From the NCBI GenBank assembly GCA_026389925.1, contig JAPLGX010000171.1, positions 1-37,551 of the forward strand: a stretch of 37,551 nt of DNA. Direction: 5' to 3'. This DNA is from Chloroflexota bacterium (GTDB taxonomy: Bacteria; Chloroflexota; Anaerolineae; Anaerolineales; RBG-16-64-43). Below the pieces are notes generated by a model. That model saw nothing but the letters and a program-made list of their open reading frames with translations, was not told the origin of the DNA and did no database searches. The position numbers and the translations under genes are program-made. Below are positions 16,709 to 25,186 of the stretch, piece by piece (the stretch's first letter is position 1; each line of letters opens with the position of its first letter).

Positions 16709-18766
16709 TTACTTCGATTGAGGCACAAGCGCGCCAGCCGGCCCGCGGGCCGCAGCACGTGTTCGTTCGCGATCCGGCCAGGCGGCCACCAGCGTGCCCA
16801 AAATGAACACCAGCGACCCGGCCCACAGGAAATTGATCAGCGGGTTGAGATAGATCTTGAACGTTGCGCCGCTCGAACCAATGGGTTCCCATCCGACGAG
16901 CAGCACGTAAAAGTCGCCCTCCAGGCTGCTGTACACGCCGGGGATGGTCATGGGCTGCTGGGTGATGTAGTAGAAGTCGCGCCGCGGATAGAGTTCAGCC
17001 ACCTTCTGTCCGTCGCGGTAGACCGTCGTCACGGCGCGGGCGACCATGCGGTCGTCGGGCGCGTTGAACTCGGCCAGCGAGTCGTAAGTCATCACGTACT
17101 TTCCGAGCGTGATTTGCTGGCCTTCGGCCAGCGTGCCTTGCGTCTCCTGTTTAAAAAACTCGCTCCCGATGATGCCAATGGCCATCAACACCACACCCAG
17201 GTGAATGATGTACCCGCCATAGCGACGGCGGTTGCGTCTGGCCAGGTTCCACAACGCCACCGGAAGGGCTTCCTTGTTGATGCGCCGGCGCGCCAGCGCA
17301 CCGCGCCAGAATTCGTAGAGCGTCACCAACGTGACGAATGCAGCCAGCCAGAAGCCGAGCAGCGCCGCCGGGTTGTGCGTCCCGCTGAGCGCAAGACCCA
17401 GCGGCACGAGCAACGACCCCGCCAGCGGCCAGGCGATCAGCCGCCCCAGCGACCGCCCGGCGGTGCGGCCCCAGGCACTGAGTGGCGCAATGCCCATCAG
17501 CAGCAAGAGGCCCGCGAACATCGGCCCCGTGGTGCGCTCATAGAACGGCGGGCCGACGGTGACTTTCTGACCCGTGAACAGTTCCGAGATAAGCGGGAAG
17601 ATGACGCCCCAGAAACAGGCGACCAGGATGCTGACGAAGAGCAGGTTGTTCAGCAGGAACAGGCTCTCACGTGAGAGCAGCGAGGTGAGTTGGTTCTCAC
17701 CGCGCAGATCGTTCCAGCGCGAGAGCAAGAGCGCCAGCGAGGCCGCGAAGCTCAGCCCGATGAAGCCGAAGAACGCCGGGCCGATGGCCGACTGGGCGAA
17801 GGCATGCACTGAGGAGAGCACGCCTGAGCGCGTGAGGAAGGTGCCGAAGATGACCAGGCAGTAAGTGAGGATGACCAGCACCATGTTCCAGTGCTTGAGC
17901 ATGCCGCGCTTTTCCTGGATCATCACCGAGTGCAGGAAGGCCGTCCCCGTCAGCCACGGCATGAAGGCGGCGATTTCCACCGGGTCCCAGCCCCAGTAGC
18001 CTCCCCAGCCGAGCACGTCGTAGGCCCAGCGCCCGCCGAGCACCAGACCCATCGACAGGAAGAGCCAGGCAATGAGTGTCCAGCGCCGCGTCACGCGGAT
18101 CCACCGGTCATCGGTGCGGCGCGTGATGAGCGCGGCCATGCCGAAGGCATACGGTATGACGAAGCTGACAAAGCCCAGGTAAAGCATGGGCGGGTGGATG
18201 ATCATCCCGGGGTGGCGCAAGAGCGGGTTGAGCCCCTGCCCGTCGCCGGGTGTGAGCAGCACCGCGCCGCGCGGGGCGAACATGGCCTTGACCGTCTCGC
18301 CGGCCGGCGCGGCCCACAGCCGGGCAAAGGGGTTCTCAAAGAGGAGGATCAGGCTGAGAAAGAAAGCCAGCGTCACCAGAGCCACGACGATCACCCATGG
18401 CAGAAACTCGCGATCGCGGTCCCAGCGGCGCAGCCCAGCCGCCGAAGCAAAGGCCGCCATCAGCCACGACCAGAACAGCAGCGACCCGGCCTGACCGCCC
18501 CACAGGGCGGTCGCCTTGAGGTAGCCCGGCATGCTGCGGCTGGTCACCGAATAGACGAAGTCCACTTCGAAATGATTGGTCACCAGCAGGGCCACCAGGC
18601 ACAAGGCCGAGAGGGTCACCAGCGGCCAGGTCAGCAGCATCGCCTGGCGCGCACTGAGCACCCACGCCTCGCGCCGTGAGCGTGCGCCGTACAGCGCCGC
18701 GGCAATGCCGTAGATTGCAGCCAGCAGGGTAATGACCAGGACCGCAAAACCCAGATTCGCCAGCAT
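16709..18766 (-). CDS. ccmF: Heme lyase CcmF/NrfE family
   Basis: WGGQAGSLLFW, GLNPLL, IHPPMLYLG, WAYDVLGWGGYWGWDPVE, TRSGVLSSVHAF. Confidence 0.96.
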   Translation of the reverse strand: MLANLGFAVLVITLLAAIYGIAAALYGARSRREAWVLSARQAMLLTWPLVTLSALCLVALLVTNHFEVDFVYSVTSRSMPGYLKATALWGGQAGSLLFWSWLMAAFASAAGLRRWDRDREFLPWVIVVALVTLAFFLSLILLFENPFARLWAAPAGETVKAMFAPRGAVLLTPGDGQGLNPLLRHPGMIIHPPMLYLGFVSFVIPYAFGMAALITRRTDDRWIRVTRRWTLIAWLFLSMGLVLGGRWAYDVLGWGGYWGWDPVEIAAFMPWLTGTAFLHSVMIQEKRGMLKHWNMVLVILTYCLVIFGTFLTRSGVLSSVHAFAQSAIGPAFFGFIGLSFAASLALLLSRWNDLRGENQLTSLLSRESLFLLNNLLFVSILVACFWGVIFPLISELFTGQKVTVGPPFYERTTGPMFAGLLLLMGIAPLSAWGRTAGRSLGRLIAWPLAGSLLVPLGLALSGTHNPAALLGFWLAAFVTLVTLYEFWRGALARRRINKEALPVALWNLARRNRRRYGGYIIHLGVVLMAIGIIGSEFFKQETQGTLAEGQQITLGKYVMTYDSLAEFNAPDDRMVARAVTTVYRDGQKVAELYPRRDFYYITQQPMTIPGVYSSLEGDFYVLLVGWEPIGSSGATFKIYLNPLINFLWAGSLVFILGTLVAAWPDRERTRAAARGPAGALVPQSK

Positions 18767-18893
18767 GTGTTTCCTTTCTGCTTCAGGTCACCGGCCGGAG
18801 ACAACAACACTGGCGCGCCGGCTCGAGGACTTTCGCGCTCCCTCCTCTCGCTGGACGCGCCAGTCAATCGCGGGACGGCGCGTGCGCGCCGCG

Positions 18894-19421
18894 CTACCCC
18901 GACTGTTCCGGCAGCGCGGACTCGTAGCGGGCGGGGCACTTGAGCAGAACTTCATCCGCGTAGAAGATGCCATCCTCGCCCAGATGTCCGGTGAGAATGG
19001 CCTGCGCCTGGTCGCGCATCAGGTCCGGCTTGGGGCCGATGTAGACCACGGGCATGCGCGCCACGGTGGGATTCTTGACTGCCGCCTCGAGCGCCGCCGC
19101 CAGCCCGCCGGAAGCTTCGATCTGTTTCATGTCGCCTGGCACGTCGGCGATGGTGAAAGAAAGGGTCAGGCTTTGTGGATCGTAGGTGATCGTGTCGCCA
19201 ACGACCGCTCCCGATACCTTGACATTGCGGCTGCCCACGCTGGAGGCTTTGGCCTCCAATTCTTCAACCGTAAGGAAGTACTGCGCCGCTGCCTGCGTCG
19301 ACGAGATGATCAAGTAGCCAACCGCCGCCAGGATCAACAAACCGCCAACGACGAACTTCGTGCGCCCGCCCGAAGCAGGTCGGCCGTTCCCCCGCGGCGA
19401 ATCGTTGCGTGTCGCTTCCAT
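18894..19421 (-). CDS. ccmE: Heme chaperone CcmE, CxxxY variant
   Basis: N-terminal TM, YFLTVEEL, YIGPKPDL, FYADEVLLKCPARYE (Cys in place of His); ATG 19421 with GGAGGAG. Confidence 0.92.
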   Translation of the reverse strand: MEATRNDSPRGNGRPASGGRTKFVVGGLLILAAVGYLIISSTQAAAQYFLTVEELEAKASSVGSRNVKVSGAVVGDTITYDPQSLTLSFTIADVPGDMKQIEASGGLAAALEAAVKNPTVARMPVVYIGPKPDLMRDQAQAILTGHLGEDGIFYADEVLLKCPARYESALPEQSG

Positions 19422-19576
19422 GAATCGATTCTCCTCCAATTCACGCTTCTTTCTCACCCGTGGACGATGGACGTCTCGCCCACTCCCGCGATTGAGAAAG
19501 CTCTTGCAAGCGTGACCCCATTCTCGCGGCTGGAGATTAGGCGAGGATGAGAGTCCGGTTGGAATCGCCTAAACCA

Positions 19577-20473
19577 TTATTCGTTGCGTCGCAGTTGGGT
19601 CCCGCACATGCTGCAAAAGACGGCCTGGGCCTCGGCCCGCGCTCCACAGTTGTGACAGAACAGGCGCGCTCCGCCCTCCATGGCCGGCTTGTGTCGCAGC
19701 CGCCCCGGCCGCGCGTCGTCCTCTCCTTTGCGGCCGCGCACGAAAGAGACTACGGCCAGGGCCACGAGCGTAACCCCCAAGGCACCCAAACCCCATGGCC
19801 AGTAGGGCCAGGCCAGCAGCCGCTCGCCAAGCGAGGCCGGACGCGCGATCGGTTCGACCGGTTGCAGACGTTCGAAGCTCAGGCCGCTGCCCATTTTGTC
19901 GTAGGCCACTTCGACGACCTGCGTCTGACCGGTCGCCAGGCCGCCCAGCGTCGCGCCGAAGGTGGTCATGCCATCGCTTCCCAGCGTGCCGTTGCCCAGG
20001 GGCGGGGTCACGCTGATGCGCGTCGCCTGCGCGGGCTGCTGCACCTCGACCGCGAACTGGCCGACCGCATAATCGCCCGGCCAGGTGAAAACAAAGCGGT
20101 GGTCGCTGCCCTGCACTTGCAGCGCGGGATCGTAGTATTCGAGCTGCACCTCCCGCGCGCTGGTGGTGAAGGTAATCAGCGCCAGATCTCCCACCACCTG
20201 GCGCTGATAGGGCAGGCTGATCGGATCGAGATCGTCCTGGCGATAGGCAACGGCGCTTGGCTCGCCTGCGGCCGCTGGAATGCGGAACGTGAGGCCCACC
20301 GGCAAAACTTGCTCGGCGGGCAGTGCGGCGCGGTAGATCACCAGCACGCCCGGACGATCGTACTCGGGCCACAGGCTTACTTGCAGCCGGTCGAGGACGA
20401 CCGGTGATTGAGCCTGTACCACGAACGGGATAAGCAGGGCGAGGATGAGAAGGGGCACGAGCGATCGTTTCAT
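19577..20473 (-). CDS. Exported beta-rich protein with C-terminal TM and zinc ribbon
   Basis: Signal peptide MKRSLVPLLILALLIPFVVQAQ, LWPEYDRPGVLVIY motif, TM, then CHNCG-x9-CSMCG. Confidence 0.82.
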   Translation of the reverse strand: MKRSLVPLLILALLIPFVVQAQSPVVLDRLQVSLWPEYDRPGVLVIYRAALPAEQVLPVGLTFRIPAAAGEPSAVAYRQDDLDPISLPYQRQVVGDLALITFTTSAREVQLEYYDPALQVQGSDHRFVFTWPGDYAVGQFAVEVQQPAQATRISVTPPLGNGTLGSDGMTTFGATLGGLATGQTQVVEVAYDKMGSGLSFERLQPVEPIARPASLGERLLAWPYWPWGLGALGVTLVALAVVSFVRGRKGEDDARPGRLRHKPAMEGGARLFCHNCGARAEAQAVFCSMCGTQLRRNE

Positions 20474-20722
20474 GGCGTCATCAGACCTCTGGCTTCCCTT
20501 ATAACCTGTTTGACCGCCGCTGCCAAGGTGTTTGTTCGCCGGTGCACGCACGCAGAGGCCTGGGACGGATTGATCTTGCGCTCCGCGCCGTGCATCCGCT
20601 TCCTCCGCGGGCATAGGCCGCAATGGGGAACGGCCCCGAAAGAGAATATAATCTTCGCGGTCCCCTGCCCTCGTCCTTTGGCACCGCCCTCACCTGTCCC
20701 TCAGGGGAACCAGGAGCGCCCG

Positions 20723-21277
20723 ATGAGCCCCACACGCGAGACCTATCCCGTCGACTTGGCCGGACTGCGGCGCGAGCTGCCCTTGTTTCAGGTTGCCCCG
20801 GGGCTGCGCATCGCCATTCTCAACATCCTGGGCGACACCGAACTCGTGCAGCGCTGCGCCGAGGAACTGGCGCGCCGCCTGCGGGGGTGTTCCTTCGACT
20901 TGCTTGTGACGGCTGAGGCCAAGAGCATTCCGCTGGCGCACGCGCTGTCGGTGGCCACCGGCAAGGGCTACGCCGTCCTGCGCAAGGTCTACAAACCCTA
21001 CATGGGCGAGAGCGTGCAGGCCGAGACGCATTCGATCACAACCGGCGCCTCGCAGACGCTGTACCTTGACGAGAAGGACCGCGCGTTGGTCGCGGGCAAG
21101 CGGGTGGTGCTGCTCGACGATGTGATCAGCACCGGTTCGACCCTGCAGGGAATGCGCATGGTGATGGACAAGGCGGGCGCCATCATTGCCGCGGAAGCGG
21201 CCATCTGCACCGAGGGCGAACGGGCGAAGTGGCAGGATATTGTCGCCCTCGCCCACTTGCCCTTGTTCACCGAGTAG
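20723..21277 (+). CDS. Type I phosphoribosyltransferase (adenine PRTase-like)
   Basis: PRPP motif VVLLDDVISTGSTL, TAEAKSIPLAH; AGGAG at 20712-20716; TATAAT at 20647-20652. Confidence 0.9.
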   Translation: MSPTRETYPVDLAGLRRELPLFQVAPGLRIAILNILGDTELVQRCAEELARRLRGCSFDLLVTAEAKSIPLAHALSVATGKGYAVLRKVYKPYMGESVQAETHSITTGASQTLYLDEKDRALVAGKRVVLLDDVISTGSTLQGMRMVMDKAGAIIAAEAAICTEGERAKWQDIVALAHLPLFTE

Positions 21278-21339
21278 CCTGCGCACGTCTATCGGTAGGT
21301 ATCGGCCGCGCGGCACGGCCAAGTGGAAGAGGTGGAGTG

Positions 21340-21978
21340 ATGAGCGAGAAGCCAATCGATCGGCGCCAGGCGCAAGAAGCCGTCCGGCGCGAAGGGCGTT
21401 TGCCCCCGGGGCAGGCGCTGACCCAGAAATTCCCCGTCCTGCACTACGGCCCGGTGCCGGCATTCAACCCGGCCACCTGGGACTTGCGCGTCTTCGGCGA
21501 GGTGGAGGAACCCAAACGCTGGACGTGGGAGGAGTTCAACCGGCTGCCGCGCACGCGGAGGGTCATGGATATTCATTGCGTCACGCGCTGGAGCAAATTC
21601 GACACCGAGTGGGAAGGTGTCTCACTCAAGGATATCGTCAAGCAGGGGATCATCCGTCCCAAACCCACGGCCCGCTTTCTCCTGCAGCACTGTGAATACG
21701 GGTTCACGGTCAATATCCCGCTGGAGGTTGCCCTTTCAGAAACCTTCCTGCTGGCCACGCACTTCGCCGGCCAGCCGCTCAGCCCGGATCATGGCTACCC
21801 GCTGCGCGGCATCGTCGGCTTCCTGCCTGGGCGCGAGGATCTTCAGACGCCGTACTTCTGGAAGGGCGGCAAATGGCTGCGCGGCCTCGAGTTCATGCGC
21901 GAAGACCGTCTCGGTTTCTGGGAAGAGGCCGGCTACCACAACCGCGCCGACGTGTGGAAAGAAGAACGATTCGCCTGA
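21340..21978 (+). CDS. Sulfite oxidase-like molybdopterin oxidoreductase (YuiH-like, no signal peptide)
   Basis: RLPPGQ, DIHCVTRWS with the Mo-ligand Cys, HGYPLR, YFWKGGKWL, GFWE..GYH. Confidence 0.9.
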   Translation: MSEKPIDRRQAQEAVRREGRLPPGQALTQKFPVLHYGPVPAFNPATWDLRVFGEVEEPKRWTWEEFNRLPRTRRVMDIHCVTRWSKFDTEWEGVSLKDIVKQGIIRPKPTARFLLQHCEYGFTVNIPLEVALSETFLLATHFAGQPLSPDHGYPLRGIVGFLPGREDLQTPYFWKGGKWLRGLEFMREDRLGFWEEAGYHNRADVWKEERFA

Positions 21979-22023
21979 GGCCGGCCGCGCGGCCTCACGA
22001 GGCACCCCATTGCGGAGGCAGAT

Positions 22024-22755
22024 ATGCCGCCGCGCCTGCCAACCTGGCGCGCATTGAAGTGGCTGCGATCTTCTCCCGAGCCGCCCAAGCATGAAGCGGG
22101 CGACCCGTTCGCCGTGGCTCGCGCGCGTATGGTCGAGGAGCAAATTTCCGCGCGCGGCATACACGATGAGCGCGTGCTGGCCGCGCTGCGCACCGTTCCA
22201 CGCCACGCCTTCCTCCCCGAACATCTGCGCCAAGACGCCTACCTCGATACCCCACTGCCCATCGGCAGCCACCAGACCATATCGCAGCCCTACATCGTGG
22301 CGCTGATGACCGAGTTGCTGGGCTTGGATGGAGACGAACGCGTGCTCGAGGTGGGCACCGGCTCAGGCTATCAGGCGGCCGTGCTGAGCCTTCTCGCGCG
22401 CGAGGTGTTCACCATCGAACGCCGCGCCGAACTCGCCGCCCGTGCGCTCCAGGTGCTCGCCCGCTTGCACTGCGGCAACGTCGAGGTGGTTGTCGGCGAC
22501 GGGACCTGCGGCCTGGCGGCGCATGCGCCCTACCACGGGATTATTGTGACGGCGGCCGCGCCGCATGTGCCGCAGCCCTTGCTCGACCAACTCGCACCCG
22601 GAGGCACGCTGGTGCTGCCCGTGGGCGAGGCCAGTTCACAGGTGCTGGAGGTGTGGCGGCGAACGCCAGCTGGGCTCGAACGCGAAGAGGTGGCGCCGGT
22701 GGCATTCGTTCCGCTGATTGGCGAACACGGGTGGAGCGACGACGCATGGGGTTGA
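22024..22755 (+). CDS. pcm: Protein-L-isoaspartate(D-aspartate) O-methyltransferase
   Basis: VPRHAF, QTISQPYIVA, VLEVGTGSGYQAAVL, IIVTAAAP, FVPL; GGAGG upstream. Confidence 0.95.
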   Translation: MPPRLPTWRALKWLRSSPEPPKHEAGDPFAVARARMVEEQISARGIHDERVLAALRTVPRHAFLPEHLRQDAYLDTPLPIGSHQTISQPYIVALMTELLGLDGDERVLEVGTGSGYQAAVLSLLAREVFTIERRAELAARALQVLARLHCGNVEVVVGDGTCGLAAHAPYHGIIVTAAAPHVPQPLLDQLAPGGTLVLPVGEASSQVLEVWRRTPAGLEREEVAPVAFVPLIGEHGWSDDAWG

Positions 22756-23780
22756 AACACGCCGGGCGGGCTTTCTCAATTCTGTTGCTGTGCGCGGGCT
22801 GCATCGTGCCGGCGGCCCCGGCAGCCACTGTGACGCCCCTCCCATCGGCTGCCCCGCTGGCCGCGTCCACCCCGCTGCCAAGCCGCACGCCACCACCCAC
22901 GCCCTCCCCATCCCCCCAGACCACCGTCACCCCCGCGCCGCTCGCCGCGCGCGTGCTCATCATCACCATTGACGGATTGCGCGCCGACGCCCTCTACCGG
23001 GTGAGCATGCCCGTGCTGGCCGGCCTGATGCAAAGCGGCGCGAGCAGCCTGAGCGCCCAAACCATTTTGCCGAGCGCCACGCTCATGGCGCATGCTTCGA
23101 TCATCTCCGCCTCGTGCCCAGCGAAACACGCCATCACGTGGAACGACTACCGCCCCGAACTGGGCGAGACGCATGCCGTCACGCTCTTTGACCTGGTGCA
23201 TGCCGCTGGCGGGCGCACGGTGATGGTGGTGGGCAAAGAGAAACTCATCCAGATCGTTCATCGCGGCACGGCCGACGTGTTCGCCTACGTGGCCGGGCAC
23301 GACCGCGATGTCGCGGCGCGCGCGGTGAGCGAGGTGAGCCAGGGCTTCGAAGCGATGTTGGTGCACCTGCCGGTGGTGGACGGCGTGGGGCACACCTTCG
23401 GCTGGATGTCGCCGCAGCAGATGAGCGTGATCGAACGGGCCGACACGGCGGTGGGCACCCTGCTCGAGGGGCTCGAGGCCAACGGCCTGAGCCAGAGCAC
23501 GCTGATCATCCTCACCGCCGACCACGGCGGCCACGCGCTCACTCACGGCAGTGACGCGCCCGAGGACACCACCGTGCCCTGGATCATGGCCGGCCCGGGC
23601 GTGCTGCCGGGCCTGCGGCTGGCCTCACCCATCAGCGTGATGGATACGGCAGCTACAGCCGCATGGGCCCTCGGCCTGGCGCGGCCGCCGGAGTGGGACG
23701 GCCGCGCAGTCGAGGAAGCATTCGGAATTCCGGTAGACATTGGGGCGATCCGGGTGGCGAACGCAATGTGCGCGCCGTGA
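22746..23780 (+). CDS. Alkaline phosphatase superfamily (NPP-like) lipoprotein
   Basis: Lipobox-like LCAGC, P/T-rich linker, ITIDGLR, TLMAHASI nucleophile region, DGVGH, TADHGG. Start ATG 22746 or TTG 22752. Confidence 0.85.
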   Translation: MGLKHAGRAFSILLLCAGCIVPAAPAATVTPLPSAAPLAASTPLPSRTPPPTPSPSPQTTVTPAPLAARVLIITIDGLRADALYRVSMPVLAGLMQSGASSLSAQTILPSATLMAHASIISASCPAKHAITWNDYRPELGETHAVTLFDLVHAAGGRTVMVVGKEKLIQIVHRGTADVFAYVAGHDRDVAARAVSEVSQGFEAMLVHLPVVDGVGHTFGWMSPQQMSVIERADTAVGTLLEGLEANGLSQSTLIILTADHGGHALTHGSDAPEDTTVPWIMAGPGVLPGLRLASPISVMDTAATAAWALGLARPPEWDGRAVEEAFGIPVDIGAIRVANAMCAP

Positions 23781-23869
23781 GAAATGCAGTGCGGCGGAGC
23801 CTGCCTGGCGTGCAAACGAGGCAGCGCTCGTGCGCTCGGGCCACCCGGGGCACTTCAAACGTATGAATC

Positions 23870-23900
23870 AAAAGAAACGGGGCTCCTCATCGGAGCCCCG
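23870..23900 (-). terminator. Intrinsic terminator downstream of dnaN
   Basis: Stem CGGGGCTCC/GGAGCCCCG (23878-23900) followed on the minus strand by TTTCTTTT. Confidence 0.85.
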
Positions 23901-23932
23901 CATGATTCATTCTGCCAGATGAAACCGCTGCG

Positions 23933-25066
23933 CTAGCGGCCGAGGTGCATGGGCATGATCACGTGCAGGAAGTCGTCCTGACCGACCGGCTTGATGACGC
24001 CCGGGCTGGCCGGGCCGGTGGTTTCGAGAGCCACGTTGGGCGTTTTGACGATGCTCAACACGTCCACCAGGTACTTGACGTTGAAGGCGATCTCGATCGC
24101 CTGGCCCTCGACCGACGCCTCCACCACCGTTTCGCCTTCACCGGTCTCGGCGGCCGTGGCCATCACCTGCAGGTTGCCCGGTGTTGAATCGGCGCCCGGT
24201 GTCACTTTGAGGCGCGCCGAGTGCGAGGCCTGGCGGGCGAAGATATCCGCCGCGCGGCAGGCTTTGAGGAACTGGGAGGTGGTCATGACCGTGCGCGTGG
24301 AGCACGACTTGGGAATGATCGGCGAGAAATCGGGGAAGGTGCCCTCGATCAGCGCCGAGGAGAGTTCGGCGTCCTTCATGCGGAAGATCACCTGACCGCG
24401 TCCGGCGGGCAGGAACATCCACACCAGTTCGTCGCCGTCGCCGATCAGGCGCCCGAGTTCGTTGAGCGCGCGGGCCGGGACGATGACTTTGATCGGATCC
24501 TTGACCGCCGCCGAGAGCTTGGTGGTGCGCACCGAGAGGCGGAACCCGTCGGCGGCCGCCATGGTCAGCGTCTCGCCTTCCACTTTGACCAGCACGCCAG
24601 TGAGGATCGGGCGCGTGTCGTCGGTGGCCGCGGCCAGTGCCACCTGAGCGATCATCTCGCGCAGGTCGTCCACGTTGAGAGCAATGCCCTCACCCGCCCC
24701 GGCCGAAGGCAGCACCGGGAACTCCTGCGCGTCCATGCACTTGATCTCGCTGGTGAAGCTGGCGCAGCGCAGCTTGAGCGACATGCGCCGCGTGTCGAGC
24801 TGCATGCCGACCTGCTCGTTGGGCAGCGCGTTGACGAAGTCCACGAAGGTGCGCGCAGGGACGGTGGTCGAGCCGGCCTGCTCCACCTTAGCCCCGATCC
24901 AGCAGGTGATGCCCATCTCGAGGTTGGTGGCCGCCAGCTTCAGGCGCCCCTCGTCGGTGGCGACGAGCACGTTGCCCAGCACCGGCAAGACGCTGCGCGC
25001 GGCCACGGCGCGCGACACCATACTCAGTCCGCGGGCCAGATTCTCCTGCAGGCACGAGACTTTCAT
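23933..25066 (-). CDS. dnaN: DNA polymerase III beta sliding clamp
   Basis: LPVLGNV, ATNLE, RPILTGVL, ADGFRLS, LIEGTFPDF, IAFNVKYL, C-terminal VIMPM; 377 aa. Confidence 0.97.
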   Translation of the reverse strand: MKVSCLQENLARGLSMVSRAVAARSVLPVLGNVLVATDEGRLKLAATNLEMGITCWIGAKVEQAGSTTVPARTFVDFVNALPNEQVGMQLDTRRMSLKLRCASFTSEIKCMDAQEFPVLPSAGAGEGIALNVDDLREMIAQVALAAATDDTRPILTGVLVKVEGETLTMAAADGFRLSVRTTKLSAAVKDPIKVIVPARALNELGRLIGDGDELVWMFLPAGRGQVIFRMKDAELSSALIEGTFPDFSPIIPKSCSTRTVMTTSQFLKACRAADIFARQASHSARLKVTPGADSTPGNLQVMATAAETGEGETVVEASVEGQAIEIAFNVKYLVDVLSIVKTPNVALETTGPASPGVIKPVGQDDFLHVIMPMHLGR

Positions 25067-25186
25067 AGACGATTCTCCCTGAACGCGCGCCGCCCGCGCC
25101 GGAATGGTGGACTGGCAGAAGTATACATCGGTTCACCCCGCCCAACGGGGCCTCCTGTTCGTTGTTGCACGAGGCCTGCCAGCGGG

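Noticed and set aside
17663-17678. 16-bp palindrome GCTCTCACGTGAGAGC as a parS site
   Set aside because: Only 10 of 16 positions match TGTTTCACGTGAAACA, and it encodes the LSRES segment of CcmF.
19492-19509. TTGAGAA-N4-CTTGCAA as a Rex box upstream of ccmE
   Set aside because: Four mismatches to TTGTGAA-N4-TTCACAA; not supportable without comparative data.
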